From NCBI GenBank assembly GCA_018920245.1, contig JAHLMS010000002.1, forward strand, positions 1 to 58,307: DNA of 58,307 nucleotides, given 5' to 3'. Below are positions 27,128-35,540 of the stretch, in pieces. Position 1 is the stretch's first letter. Every line of letters starts with the position of its first letter. A model generated the notes under the pieces. The model saw only the letters and a program-made list of their open reading frames with translations, was not told the DNA's origin and searched no databases. A program made the translations under genes and the position numbers. This stretch comes from Candidatus Aenigmatarchaeota archaeon (GTDB taxonomy: Archaea > Aenigmatarchaeota > Aenigmatarchaeia > Aenigmatarchaeales > JAHLMS01).

Positions 27128-27310
27128 TGGTGCCCCGGAAGGGATTTTCACGCTGCCAGTTTCTGCTTTGAACCCTCGACCTCTTGCTATCTTCATCCAT
27201 CACAGAGTGATGGTCAGTTCTTCTAAGTTGGACTTAGAAGGTTCGCCAATGGAACCCGGAGGTTCGCCGAAGGCATCTCAAGCGCTCTATCCAACCTGAG
27301 CTACCGGGGC
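27128..27310 (-). tRNA. tRNA-Arg(UCU) with three introns (30/31, 37/38, 59/60) and an encoded CCA
   Basis: The minus strand reads GCCCCGG-TA-GCTC-AGGTTGGATA-GAGC-G-CTTG[27242-27278]C-CTTCTA[27189-27234]A-GCAAG-AGGTC-GAGGG-TTCAAA[27145-27166]T-CCCTT-CCGGGGC-A-CCA. The spliced product is a perfect cloverleaf with G18G19A20, U33 and a TTCAAAT T-loop. All three inserts can be drawn as bulge-helix-bulge motifs; details are in the findings. Confidence 0.78.
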
Positions 27311-27332
27311 AAAACAAATTTTGGCCACACAG

Positions 27333-27348
27333 CTTATAAATTTATAAG
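27333..27348. promoter_or_regulatory. palindromic TATA element shared by divergent tRNA-Arg and leuS
   Basis: CTTATAAATTTATAAG is a perfect 16-bp palindrome. Its centre is about 30 nt from the tRNA 5' end (27310) and about 30 nt from the leuS ATG (27370). Confidence 0.45.
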
Positions 27349-27369
27349 AACGGAGGAGAAAGTGTTGAC

Positions 27370-30114
27370 ATGTCCGAATGGAAAAAGCTGGAAAGCAGAT
27401 GGCAGAGCGAATGGGCCAAGGCAAAGCTGTTCGAGGCCGAACCTGACAAACGTAAGAAGTACTATATAGTCTTTGCTTATCCTACTGTCAGCGGCACTTT
27501 GCATGCAGGCCAAATGCGCAGCTATAGCATACCCGACGTCATTGCCAGATATAAAAGAGCGCGAGGCTTCAATGTTTTCTTCCCGCTCGGTTTTCATGCC
27601 ACTGGCATTGATTGCCAACGCATCTTCGAAAAATCTAAGGATGCGGAAGCGATGGCAAGATACGGAATACCGGCTTCCGATGCGAAGAAATTCAAGTCAG
27701 CCGTCGATGTTGCTGAATATCTCCAGAAGCGTATGATAGCCTCATTCAAGCAGCTTGGACTATCGCTGGACTACAGGCCGGCTGTGAGCACCATTCATCC
27801 GCAGTATGGCAAGTTCATCCGATGGCAATTCAGGAAGCTTCGTGAGCTCGGATTATTAACACAAAAGGATTACCGCCTTGCCTGGTGTCCGATAGAGAAT
27901 CATCCTGTGAGCCTCGATCCAGCAGAAGCGGATATTCAAGAATGGAAAGGCGCACAAATTAAGGATTATGTGATAATCAAGTTCAAATGTGGCGATCTCG
28001 TTTTGCCTGCAGCTACAATGAGACCAGAAACAATCTTCGGCGTGACGAATGTGTGGCTCAACCCGAATGCAACATATGTACGCTCAAAGGTCGGAAATGA
28101 GACATGGCTCGTCGCTGAGCCTGCAGTCAAGAAGCTGCAAGACCTTGACAAAAAAGTGCAGGTGCTGGAAAAATTTGACGTCAGAAAAATAATCGGGGAG
28201 TCTGCACGCAACCCGGCGACAGGCAAAGATGTTCCTATCTTGGCTGGAGATTTTGCTGACCCTTCCGAAGCAACAGGCATAGTTATGTCCGTGCCAGCGC
28301 ATGACCCATACGATTTCATCTATCTCAAGACCGTTGCACCAGAGTTGAAACCTATTCAAGTTGTGGAGGTTCCAGGTTATGGTGCTGCTCCGGCCGGCGA
28401 GATAATAGCGAAGAACAAAATAACAGATCCCAAAGACAGCCGTCTGGAAAGTGTGGTCAAAGAACTTTATAAACTCGAATATAATGGCCGCATGCACGCG
28501 AACGCAAAACAATTCAAAGGAATGGCTGTGCCGAAGGCGAAGGTAGCAATAACACAGTGGCTCACGAAGCTGGGGTCGGCTGACATGATTTATGAGCTTT
28601 CTATCAAACCTGTGCATTGTAGATGTGGTGCTGAAATAATAATCAAGAAAGTGCCTGGCCAATGGTTCATCGACTATAGCAATGAGGAGTGGAAAGAAAA
28701 GGCTAAGAAGCATGTGCCAAAGATGAACATCTGGCCCAATGAATACAAAAAGGAGCTGCCGTCCATTATCGACTGGCTTGAGGCCCGGCCGTGCGTGCGG
28801 CGCAGGGGCCTAGGCACAGAGTTCCCATTCGAACCTGGTTGGATAATCGAGGCTATATCGGATAGCACAATTTACATGGCGTTCTATATTGTATCGAAAT
28901 ATTTCAACGAGGGCAAATTGAAGATGGATGATTTGACTGACGAGTTCTTCGACTATGTCTTTCTTGGAAAAGGTAAGGCTAGCAACAAACTGTGGAAAGA
29001 TATTCGCAACGAGTTCCTTTACTGGTACCCGCTCGATATAAATGCAATCGGTAAGGAGCACAAATCCGTGCACTTGCCGTTCTTCATCATGAATCATGTG
29101 GCGATATTTCCTGAGAAGCATTGGCCTAGCGGCATATTTGTGAACTGGCACCTTGTAGCCTATGGCAAGAAGATGTCAAAACACTTAGGAAATGTTATAT
29201 TCTGGCATGATGCCATTGAAAAATATGGTGCTGATGCGATAAGGCTGTACCTGACACACGGTTCTAACCAGTGGCACGATTTCGACTGGCGCAACGAGGA
29301 ATGCGAAGGCTACGGCAGGCAACTGATGAACTTTTACAACATGGTGCAGAGGTTGACCAAGATCAAAACAAAAGCGACTGCTGTAAGACCGATAGACCGC
29401 TGGTTGCGCTCTCGGTTGAACCGCCACATAAAGGATGTGACCACCGCGCTAGATATTGCTGAAATACGCAAGGCAGTTGACATAGCATTTTTCAACATCC
29501 TGTCTGACGTGGGCTGGTATTTGAAGAGAACCGATAATCCACGCACCGACTGGCTCGGTGACTGGCTAAGGTTGCTCGCACCTTTCATACCACATGTTGC
29601 AGAGGACCTATGGCATGCAATCGGTAATAAAGATTTCATAATCAATGCAGGCTGGCCAGCGTACGATGGCAAGGCTATAAATCCAACGATAGAAGCAGCT
29701 GAGAACCTTGTCCGAAAGGTGCAGGGCGACATCGATGAGATAAAGAAGATATCCGGTATTTCAAAACCAGCAAAAATATCTTTGATTGTAAGTGCTCCAT
29801 GGAAATACGATGTCTATAACATGGTAATGGGCGGGAAGCCGTTGCACGAAATAATGGAAGATAAGACATTGAAACCTCTCGGCAAGGCTGTTGTCACATA
29901 TGTGCAGAAACTGGAGAAAAGGAAGCCGCTTGATGAACTGTTCCTTGGTGCAGGCAGCGAGCTCGCGGCCCTGCGAGATGCCAAGGATTTCTTTGAGAAA
30001 GTCTTCAGCTGTCCTGTTGAGATATGGGAAGCGGAGAAGGCTGCGAATATTTCTGAACTTGCTAACAAGGCTTCCGCCGCAGAGCCTTGCAAACCAGGTA
30101 TACTACTTGTCTGA
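27370..30114 (+). CDS. leuS: leucine--tRNA ligase (archaeal type)
   Basis: Class I with a HIGH-like GTLHAGQ and a KMSKHLGN (KMSKS) motif. A CP1 editing domain is present. 914 aa. Confidence 0.93.
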   Translation: MSEWKKLESRWQSEWAKAKLFEAEPDKRKKYYIVFAYPTVSGTLHAGQMRSYSIPDVIARYKRARGFNVFFPLGFHATGIDCQRIFEKSKDAEAMARYGIPASDAKKFKSAVDVAEYLQKRMIASFKQLGLSLDYRPAVSTIHPQYGKFIRWQFRKLRELGLLTQKDYRLAWCPIENHPVSLDPAEADIQEWKGAQIKDYVIIKFKCGDLVLPAATMRPETIFGVTNVWLNPNATYVRSKVGNETWLVAEPAVKKLQDLDKKVQVLEKFDVRKIIGESARNPATGKDVPILAGDFADPSEATGIVMSVPAHDPYDFIYLKTVAPELKPIQVVEVPGYGAAPAGEIIAKNKITDPKDSRLESVVKELYKLEYNGRMHANAKQFKGMAVPKAKVAITQWLTKLGSADMIYELSIKPVHCRCGAEIIIKKVPGQWFIDYSNEEWKEKAKKHVPKMNIWPNEYKKELPSIIDWLEARPCVRRRGLGTEFPFEPGWIIEAISDSTIYMAFYIVSKYFNEGKLKMDDLTDEFFDYVFLGKGKASNKLWKDIRNEFLYWYPLDINAIGKEHKSVHLPFFIMNHVAIFPEKHWPSGIFVNWHLVAYGKKMSKHLGNVIFWHDAIEKYGADAIRLYLTHGSNQWHDFDWRNEECEGYGRQLMNFYNMVQRLTKIKTKATAVRPIDRWLRSRLNRHIKDVTTALDIAEIRKAVDIAFFNILSDVGWYLKRTDNPRTDWLGDWLRLLAPFIPHVAEDLWHAIGNKDFIINAGWPAYDGKAINPTIEAAENLVRKVQGDIDEIKKISGISKPAKISLIVSAPWKYDVYNMVMGGKPLHEIMEDKTLKPLGKAVVTYVQKLEKRKPLDELFLGAGSELAALRDAKDFFEKVFSCPVEIWEAEKAANISELANKASAAEPCKPGILLV

Positions 30115-30570
30115 ACTCCACTTGCATCCGATATTGTTTTCAATTGCGCTTTTCTCAGCAGCGGCAATGATATCAGTATATTTCTCACCGTCATTGTGTC
30201 TAGCGATTGCCAAGCCCTCCGATACCAACTGTTCGTTTATTAACCTGTCACCGAGCCATACCCATCGCAGATATCTTTTGTACTTGTCCTTGTCTCGATT
30301 GTCGGCCTCGAGCCGCACCTGTTTGTTAAGTATAAGCTCGCTGAGACGCTCGGCCGCTGCGGTGTAGCACGGCTCACCTTTCTCATCGGCATCTATTCCG
30401 AGCAATCTTATATCGCGTCCACCCTCAACAATTATCGTGTCGCCATCAATTATTTTCGTGACGATGACAATATCATTGGCTTTGCTAATAATCAAAGGAT
30501 GCACGAAGTATGCAAGCAACCATATGATTAATAAAGCAATAACAGCGAACAGAATAGCACGGAATTTCAT
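30103..30570 (-). CDS. membrane-anchored thermonuclease (staphylococcal nuclease homolog)
   Basis: An N-terminal TM helix, then VTKIIDGDTIIV...IRLLGIDADE...DKYKRYLRWVW (SNase fold motifs). Confidence 0.8.
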   Translation of the reverse strand: MKFRAILFAVIALLIIWLLAYFVHPLIISKANDIVIVTKIIDGDTIIVEGGRDIRLLGIDADEKGEPCYTAAAERLSELILNKQVRLEADNRDKDKYKRYLRWVWLGDRLINEQLVSEGLAIARHNDGEKYTDIIAAAEKSAIENNIGCKWSSDK

Positions 30571-30634
30571 AGCAGTCGTTGAAAGATTCGTAGCTTATAA
30601 TTTTTTAACCACTAAAGGTCGTGAAAGGTGCACA

Positions 30635-31387
30635 TCAACGTACGATTTGCGCTCGAGCCCATGCACGCTCAAAATCTGCAACGCGCTCGCTTGGCGAGTT
30701 GAGCCACATCGTACCCTTGCCTTCTCCATCAATTGTCAGGCCGTGCCGTCCATCAGAAATTATCATGTTCGGCCAGTAACGGCCAAGTCGTATTTCCAGC
30801 CCAGCCCTCTCAAGCTTCTCTAAATGTCTCGCATCGATGTGTGCGGCAACAATACGAACACGCACATTGCGCTCCAGCGCACGCTTGATAGCATCAAGCA
30901 ACACGAAATCTTCAAAAAATTTCTCAGTCGCAATAAAGAGTTCCTCTCTTGCAATATCTATAATAAATGCAGCACGTTCGACAAAGTCTGCATTGTATTG
31001 CTCCCTGACGCACTCCCCAGACCATATGTCCGATATCGGTAAAAAACGCTCATAGGTCTGAGCGAGCCTAGCAAACAATTCTTTCTTACGCAAATAGTCC
31101 CTGCCGACATAACTGAACAATCGAGGGAAAGGATTTGCAGAACGAGACAGCCAGAACACCTTCTGCTTCTCCTTGCTACTCTCAACAACACCCTTCAGCT
31201 GTAAAGAATAAAGGTATTTGTAGGCATTCGTCACGGATATACCTGCCTCCTTGGCGATTGTAGCTGCATCGGCTTTCGGCTTCTTGCGCTGTGTGAGTGT
31301 CAGGAGCGCGCGCACGATCTTTATCTCAAGCTCGTCAAAGCTGTCGGTCTCGCGGAGCATGTTACAGAACTCATCAAGGCCGGGCAT
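30635..31387 (-). CDS. TrmB-family transcriptional regulator with a PLD-like C-terminal domain
   Basis: The N-terminal wHTH is IAKEAGISVTNAYKYLYSLQLKGVVE. The C-terminal domain pattern is that of TrmB-like regulators. Confidence 0.7.
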   Translation of the reverse strand: MPGLDEFCNMLRETDSFDELEIKIVRALLTLTQRKKPKADAATIAKEAGISVTNAYKYLYSLQLKGVVESSKEKQKVFWLSRSANPFPRLFSYVGRDYLRKKELFARLAQTYERFLPISDIWSGECVREQYNADFVERAAFIIDIAREELFIATEKFFEDFVLLDAIKRALERNVRVRIVAAHIDARHLEKLERAGLEIRLGRYWPNMIISDGRHGLTIDGEGKGTMWLNSPSERVADFERAWARAQIVR

Positions 31388-31426
31388 ACCAATTGAATGT
31401 CGATGTAGGTATAAATAATTATATTT

Positions 31427-31783
31427 TTACTTATAATCCTCTATGAACTTCAGTTTTTTGTTTGGATTCCCTAAAGGACAAGCATATTCATCAAGTCTCG
31501 GCATGTAGCCATCACACCATCTGTAAAAGCATTCACGTGATCCGCATTCATCTGAAATTCCATAGAAGTTTTTACTTTTGTCACCATTGCCTTCAGCGGA
31601 TTTTGTGACCTTCAAGATACCGTGCTTGCGATACCACAAGCACAACGAGGCCTTGATACTTCTGGGATTATCTAAACCTAAAATATTGCAATACGCTTCT
31701 GTAGTCCTCAGCTCATTTTTATGCTGCTTCATGTATTCTATAATTCTTGATATGTCTTTTTCTCGATTCATAGTATACACCAT
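31427..31783 (-). CDS. hypothetical protein: wHTH-like N-terminus and Cys-rich C-terminus
   Basis: 118 aa with C-terminal Cys residues (ECGSRECFYRWCDGYMPRLDEYACP). No family recognised. Confidence 0.4.
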   Translation of the reverse strand: MVYTMNREKDISRIIEYMKQHKNELRTTEAYCNILGLDNPRSIKASLCLWYRKHGILKVTKSAEGNGDKSKNFYGISDECGSRECFYRWCDGYMPRLDEYACPLGNPNKKLKFIEDYK

Positions 31784-31833
31784 ATTTCAAGTTGAGCAGA
31801 AACCTTTTTAAGTTGCTCTACGCAATGTGAGGC

Positions 31834-32451
31834 ATGCAAACAGGAGATTTCATCCGGTTGGCTTATTCAGGAAAGATAAAGGGAACTGATCAGTTATTCG
31901 ACCAAGCCGATTCGGCGCCTGTAATAGTTGGAGCAGGCTATATTTTACCCAGCCTGGATGCAAAGTTGGCTGACATGATGGTTGGCCAGAAAAAGACGGT
32001 AGAGCTGACACCTGAAGAGGCGTTCGGACCGCGAGACCCAAAACTAGTGAGGGTTGTTCCTGAGGCTGAATTCAAAAGGCATGGCACAAAACCTGTACCT
32101 GGTATGCCAATCGAGGCTGACAACATGCGTGGACGTGTGATATCCGTTGCCAGCGGGCGTGTGACTGTAGATTTCAACCATCCACTTGCAGGAAAAGTAC
32201 TTACATTTGACCTTGAAATAAAAAAGAAAATAGAACTGCTTGATGAAAAGATCAAAGCGATAGCAGAGTTCTACAGCAGGATGCCTATGGACAAGCTGAA
32301 CGTACATGTGAAAGGCACCGAGGTTGAGCTCGAAATACCTCCGACGGTGCATGCGATCTACAAAAAGAAGATTGCAGACGACATAATGAAGTGGCTGGAC
32401 CTGACAAAGGTGAAATTTGTAGAAGTTTTTGAAAAGCCCAAAGAGAAGTAG
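31834..32451 (+). CDS. FKBP-type peptidyl-prolyl cis-trans isomerase (SlyD-like with IF insert)
   Basis: GDFIRLAYSGK..., GAGYILPSLDAKLADMMVGQKK, and VTVDFNHPLAGKVLTFDLEI. Confidence 0.85.
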   Translation: MQTGDFIRLAYSGKIKGTDQLFDQADSAPVIVGAGYILPSLDAKLADMMVGQKKTVELTPEEAFGPRDPKLVRVVPEAEFKRHGTKPVPGMPIEADNMRGRVISVASGRVTVDFNHPLAGKVLTFDLEIKKKIELLDEKIKAIAEFYSRMPMDKLNVHVKGTEVELEIPPTVHAIYKKKIADDIMKWLDLTKVKFVEVFEKPKEK

Positions 32452-32544
32452 CATTATAAATCTGCTTATAATTTTCTGGTTAGTTTTAAATAGCTGTTCA
32501 CATTTAGTTCATTTAATAAGTTCTAATCAATGGAGGTAGGTTCT

Positions 32545-33630
32545 ATGGCAGTAAGGGCGCACGAGGGTGAGGCAGGCTCGAGGACAGCAACCGTGGATGA
32601 GGATCTGAGAAAACTGCTCGAAGCTCGAAAGGCGGAAATAAAGGTCGTTGGTGTTGGTGGTGCTGGAAACAACACTGTCAGCCGCATGATGCAGGTTGGA
32701 ATTGTTGGTGCTGAGATTATCGCAGTCAATACGGACGCGCAGGACCTTCTGTACACGGATGCCGATGTCAAAGTTCTGATTGGAAAGGAATTGACAAGAG
32801 GGCTTGGTGCTGGCGCTGATCCGCACATAGGCATGGAATCCGCGCGCGAAAGCAAGGACGAAATCAAGGATGCGCTCACTGGCGCTGATATGGTTTTCAT
32901 AACATGCGGCCTTGGCGGTGGAACAGGAACAGGTGCGAGCCCTGTTGTAGCAGATATAGCCAAAAAGCTCGGTGCCCTCACTGTTGCCGTTGTTACATTG
33001 CCGTTCACCAGAGAAGGTAAAGCAAGAATGGAGAATGCCAAGTACGGCCTTGAGGAGTTGGAGAACATCGTCGACACGCTGATAGTCGTGCCAAATGATA
33101 AGCTACTCGAAATCGTACCAGATGTCAGCATAATGACGGCGTTCAAACTAAGTGACGAGATACTCGTCAACGCTGTCAAAGGCATAGCCGAGCTCGTAAC
33201 AAAGCCGGGACTTATAAACCTTGATTTTGCTGACATCAAAGCCGTGATGGGCGCTGGTGGACTGGCTATGATAGGCCTCGGCGAATCGGATACCGAGAAT
33301 CGTGCGGTTGAAGCCGTGGAGAAGGCTCTTAATAACCCGCTGCTGGACGTGGACATAGATGGCGCGACTGGTGCGCTGATAAACGTCGCTGGTGGTACAG
33401 ACATGACAATACGAGAATGTCAGGAGATAGTGGAAGCTGTAAGCAGCAAGCTGGCACCTGACGCGAAAATCATCTGGGGAGCACAAATAATCAAAGAGTT
33501 AGGAGATACTGTGCGCGCTATGATGATAATCACTGGCGTCAAGTCCACGCAAATCTACGGACCTCAAAAACCGATGTCCAAGGAGAAGGCAAAAGAGATA
33601 GAGAAGATACTCGGAATAGACTTCGTGTAA
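32545..33630 (+). CDS. ftsZ: cell division GTPase FtsZ
   Basis: GVGGAGNN and GLGGGTGTG (tubulin signature). The ATG at 32545 is preceded by GGAGGT. The track's alternative ATG is at 32530. Confidence 0.95.
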   Translation: MAVRAHEGEAGSRTATVDEDLRKLLEARKAEIKVVGVGGAGNNTVSRMMQVGIVGAEIIAVNTDAQDLLYTDADVKVLIGKELTRGLGAGADPHIGMESARESKDEIKDALTGADMVFITCGLGGGTGTGASPVVADIAKKLGALTVAVVTLPFTREGKARMENAKYGLEELENIVDTLIVVPNDKLLEIVPDVSIMTAFKLSDEILVNAVKGIAELVTKPGLINLDFADIKAVMGAGGLAMIGLGESDTENRAVEAVEKALNNPLLDVDIDGATGALINVAGGTDMTIRECQEIVEAVSSKLAPDAKIIWGAQIIKELGDTVRAMMIITGVKSTQIYGPQKPMSKEKAKEIEKILGIDFV

Positions 33631-33705
33631 AATCTGCACCTCAGCCCGATTGATTATATTTAAATACTCTTAGTTTCAATACAAATCAGTTCTGAGGTTT
33701 TATTC

Positions 33706-34011
33706 ATGAACGATGAGGTATCGCAACCAACAATGCCTCAACAACCTGCGCCAGCTCCACAACCGGCGCCGGTACAGCCGAAAGAGGAGAAGAAGCCAGA
33801 GGCACCAAAAGGCCCTACTATTTTTGAGAAGCTCAAGATGAAGCTACTGGGCTACCGCCGTGTGCTTGAGGTCAGCCACAAGCCTGATGCATGGGAACTC
33901 ATAAGCACAGCCAAGGTCGTCTTGTTAGGCATTACACTCATGGGTGCAATCGGATTCATAATATCGATGATATACATACTTGCCGTACAGGCGGCTGGTG
34001 CAGGTGTTTAA
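33706..34011 (+). CDS. secE: protein translocase subunit SecE/Sec61-gamma with a Pro/Ala-rich N-terminal extension
   Basis: A single C-terminal TM helix (AKVVLLGITLMGAIGFIISMIYIL). It occupies the conserved position between ftsZ and spt5/L11. Confidence 0.75.
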   Translation: MNDEVSQPTMPQQPAPAPQPAPVQPKEEKKPEAPKGPTIFEKLKMKLLGYRRVLEVSHKPDAWELISTAKVVLLGITLMGAIGFIISMIYILAVQAAGAGV

Positions 34012-34473
34012 ATGATATGGACTATCAGAACCACAGTTGGCCGGGAGAACGCCGTCATCGAAACGCTTACCGCGAAGATAAAAAACACAGGGGCCGCTGT
34101 GGCTGCAATACTGCATCCAGCAGAGCTCAAGGGTTACATCTTCATTGAAGGCGATGCAGCTGCGATCGAAACAATAATAGCCGGCGTGCCACATGTGCGC
34201 GGTCTAATAAGAAAGGAGGTCAAGCTCAGCGAACTCGAAAAATTCCTCGAGGTCAAGGTCGCTGAGATAAAAATAAACCGTGGAGATATCATCGAAATTG
34301 TCGGTGGACCTTTCAAGAACGAACGCGGAAAGGTCACGCGTGTCGATACTGCCAAAGGCGAAGTTACCATAGAGCTGATTGAGGCCGCGATACCTATTCC
34401 AATAACTGTTGCAATCGAGATGGTCAAGCTCATTGAGAGCGCAGAGAAAGCGGAGACAAAGCCGACAGGGTGA
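34012..34473 (+). CDS. spt5: transcription elongation factor Spt5 (NusG)
   Basis: An NGN domain plus the KOW motif GDIIEIVGGPFKNERGKVTRVD. Confidence 0.9.
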   Translation: MIWTIRTTVGRENAVIETLTAKIKNTGAAVAAILHPAELKGYIFIEGDAAAIETIIAGVPHVRGLIRKEVKLSELEKFLEVKVAEIKINRGDIIEIVGGPFKNERGKVTRVDTAKGEVTIELIEAAIPIPITVAIEMVKLIESAEKAETKPTG

Positions 34474-34478
34474 TTGCA

Positions 34479-34997
34479 ATGGGAAAGATATCAGTAAAGA
34501 TTATGGTCGAAGGTGGTAAAGCAATACCTGGGCCGCCGCTCGGTCCTGCGCTGGCAGTACACAAGGTTAACATCGGTCAGGTTGTTGCAGCAATAAACGA
34601 AGCGACCAAGGAATTCAAAGGCATCACCGTGCCTGTGGAGGTTATCGTTGACACCGAAACCAAGGCGTTTGAGATAAAGGTTGGCACGCCTCCGGTTTCT
34701 GCACTGATTAAAAAGGAATTAAAGGTTGAAAAGCTGGCAATAACACCGTGGACAACACCGCCAGCCAAGGAAGGCGAAGCACCGAAGGAACCGTTCAAAG
34801 GCGATCTGCCATTTGAGGCGGCTGTCCGGATTGCGAATGCAAAAATGTCGGCGCTGGGCACGCGGAGCCTGAAGAACGCGGTCAAGCAAGTGATAGGCAG
34901 CTGCATGAGCGTTGGCTGCACCGTCGAAGGCAAGAACCCGAAGGATATCCTCAAAGAGATAAATGCTGGTAAATGGGATGCTAAAATAAAAGGTTAA
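34479..34997 (+). CDS. rpl11: 50S ribosomal protein L11
   Basis: VEGGKAIPGPPLGPALA...VNIGQVV is characteristic of L11. Confidence 0.93.
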   Translation: MGKISVKIMVEGGKAIPGPPLGPALAVHKVNIGQVVAAINEATKEFKGITVPVEVIVDTETKAFEIKVGTPPVSALIKKELKVEKLAITPWTTPPAKEGEAPKEPFKGDLPFEAAVRIANAKMSALGTRSLKNAVKQVIGSCMSVGCTVEGKNPKDILKEINAGKWDAKIKG

Positions 34998-35021
34998 ATC
35001 CTTTCCTGACCAACTTCTGGC

Positions 35022-35540
35022 ATGAGCTTAAGAGCTGTCTTTTGGGCGCTGGCAGCATTAAATATAATCTTCATTACGCTTGCTGTATTAGGATATCCTG
35101 TCATAACTGTTGTAGTTGTACTGCTCCTGATTGACATAATGATACTCGAAACTAACAGACGCTCAGAAGGCCAGCAACTGGTGAACGAGGTAAAGAATAG
35201 CCTCTCATCGATGAGCGAAAAGATTGAAAACATCCTGTCAAAAATCTCTCCATCAGAAAACCCTGGCATGCAGACAGCAATCGAACAGAGGCTCCGTCAG
35301 CATGAGGCAACCATCAGCAGTCAACTGGACGTGTTACGCAATTTCATCCGCGCAGACATAAAGGACGCGCTAGACAGAATGGCAACCAAAATGATAGATA
35401 TAGAGAACGCTCTAAACCGTACAAAGAAGACATTGGGTGCGACTGTTGCAATGTTCGATGAGCGTGTTGGTCAACTAGAAAATATAAATCCTGGAAGCAA
35501 TGATGAATATATTGAGATTGAACCGACAGACGAATTGTGA
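35022..35540 (+). CDS. membrane-anchored coiled-coil hypothetical protein
   Basis: Two N-terminal TM helices, then heptad-like sequence and an acidic C-terminus. It is inserted between rpl11 and rpl1. Confidence 0.45.
   Translation: MSLRAVFWALAALNIIFITLAVLGYPVITVVVVLLLIDIMILETNRRSEGQQLVNEVKNSLSSMSEKIENILSKISPSENPGMQTAIEQRLRQHEATISSQLDVLRNFIRADIKDALDRMATKMIDIENALNRTKKTLGATVAMFDERVGQLENINPGSNDEYIEIEPTDEL

Noticed and set aside
27114-27203. N-terminal extension (MMDEDSKRSRVQSRNWQRENPFRGTNHGER) of the metalloprotease ORF
   Set aside because: It overlaps the 3' exon and T-arm of the tRNA-Arg gene. The downstream Met at 27113 gives a clean signal-peptide N-terminus.
32523-33404. 293-aa minus-strand ORF antisense to ftsZ. 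Similar antisense ORFs occur at 20199..20933, 22368..22973, 23460..24068, 17698..18357 and 46672..47301.
   Set aside because: Each overlaps a high-confidence gene on the other strand. All have Ser/Pro/Ala-rich compositions and no recognisable domains.
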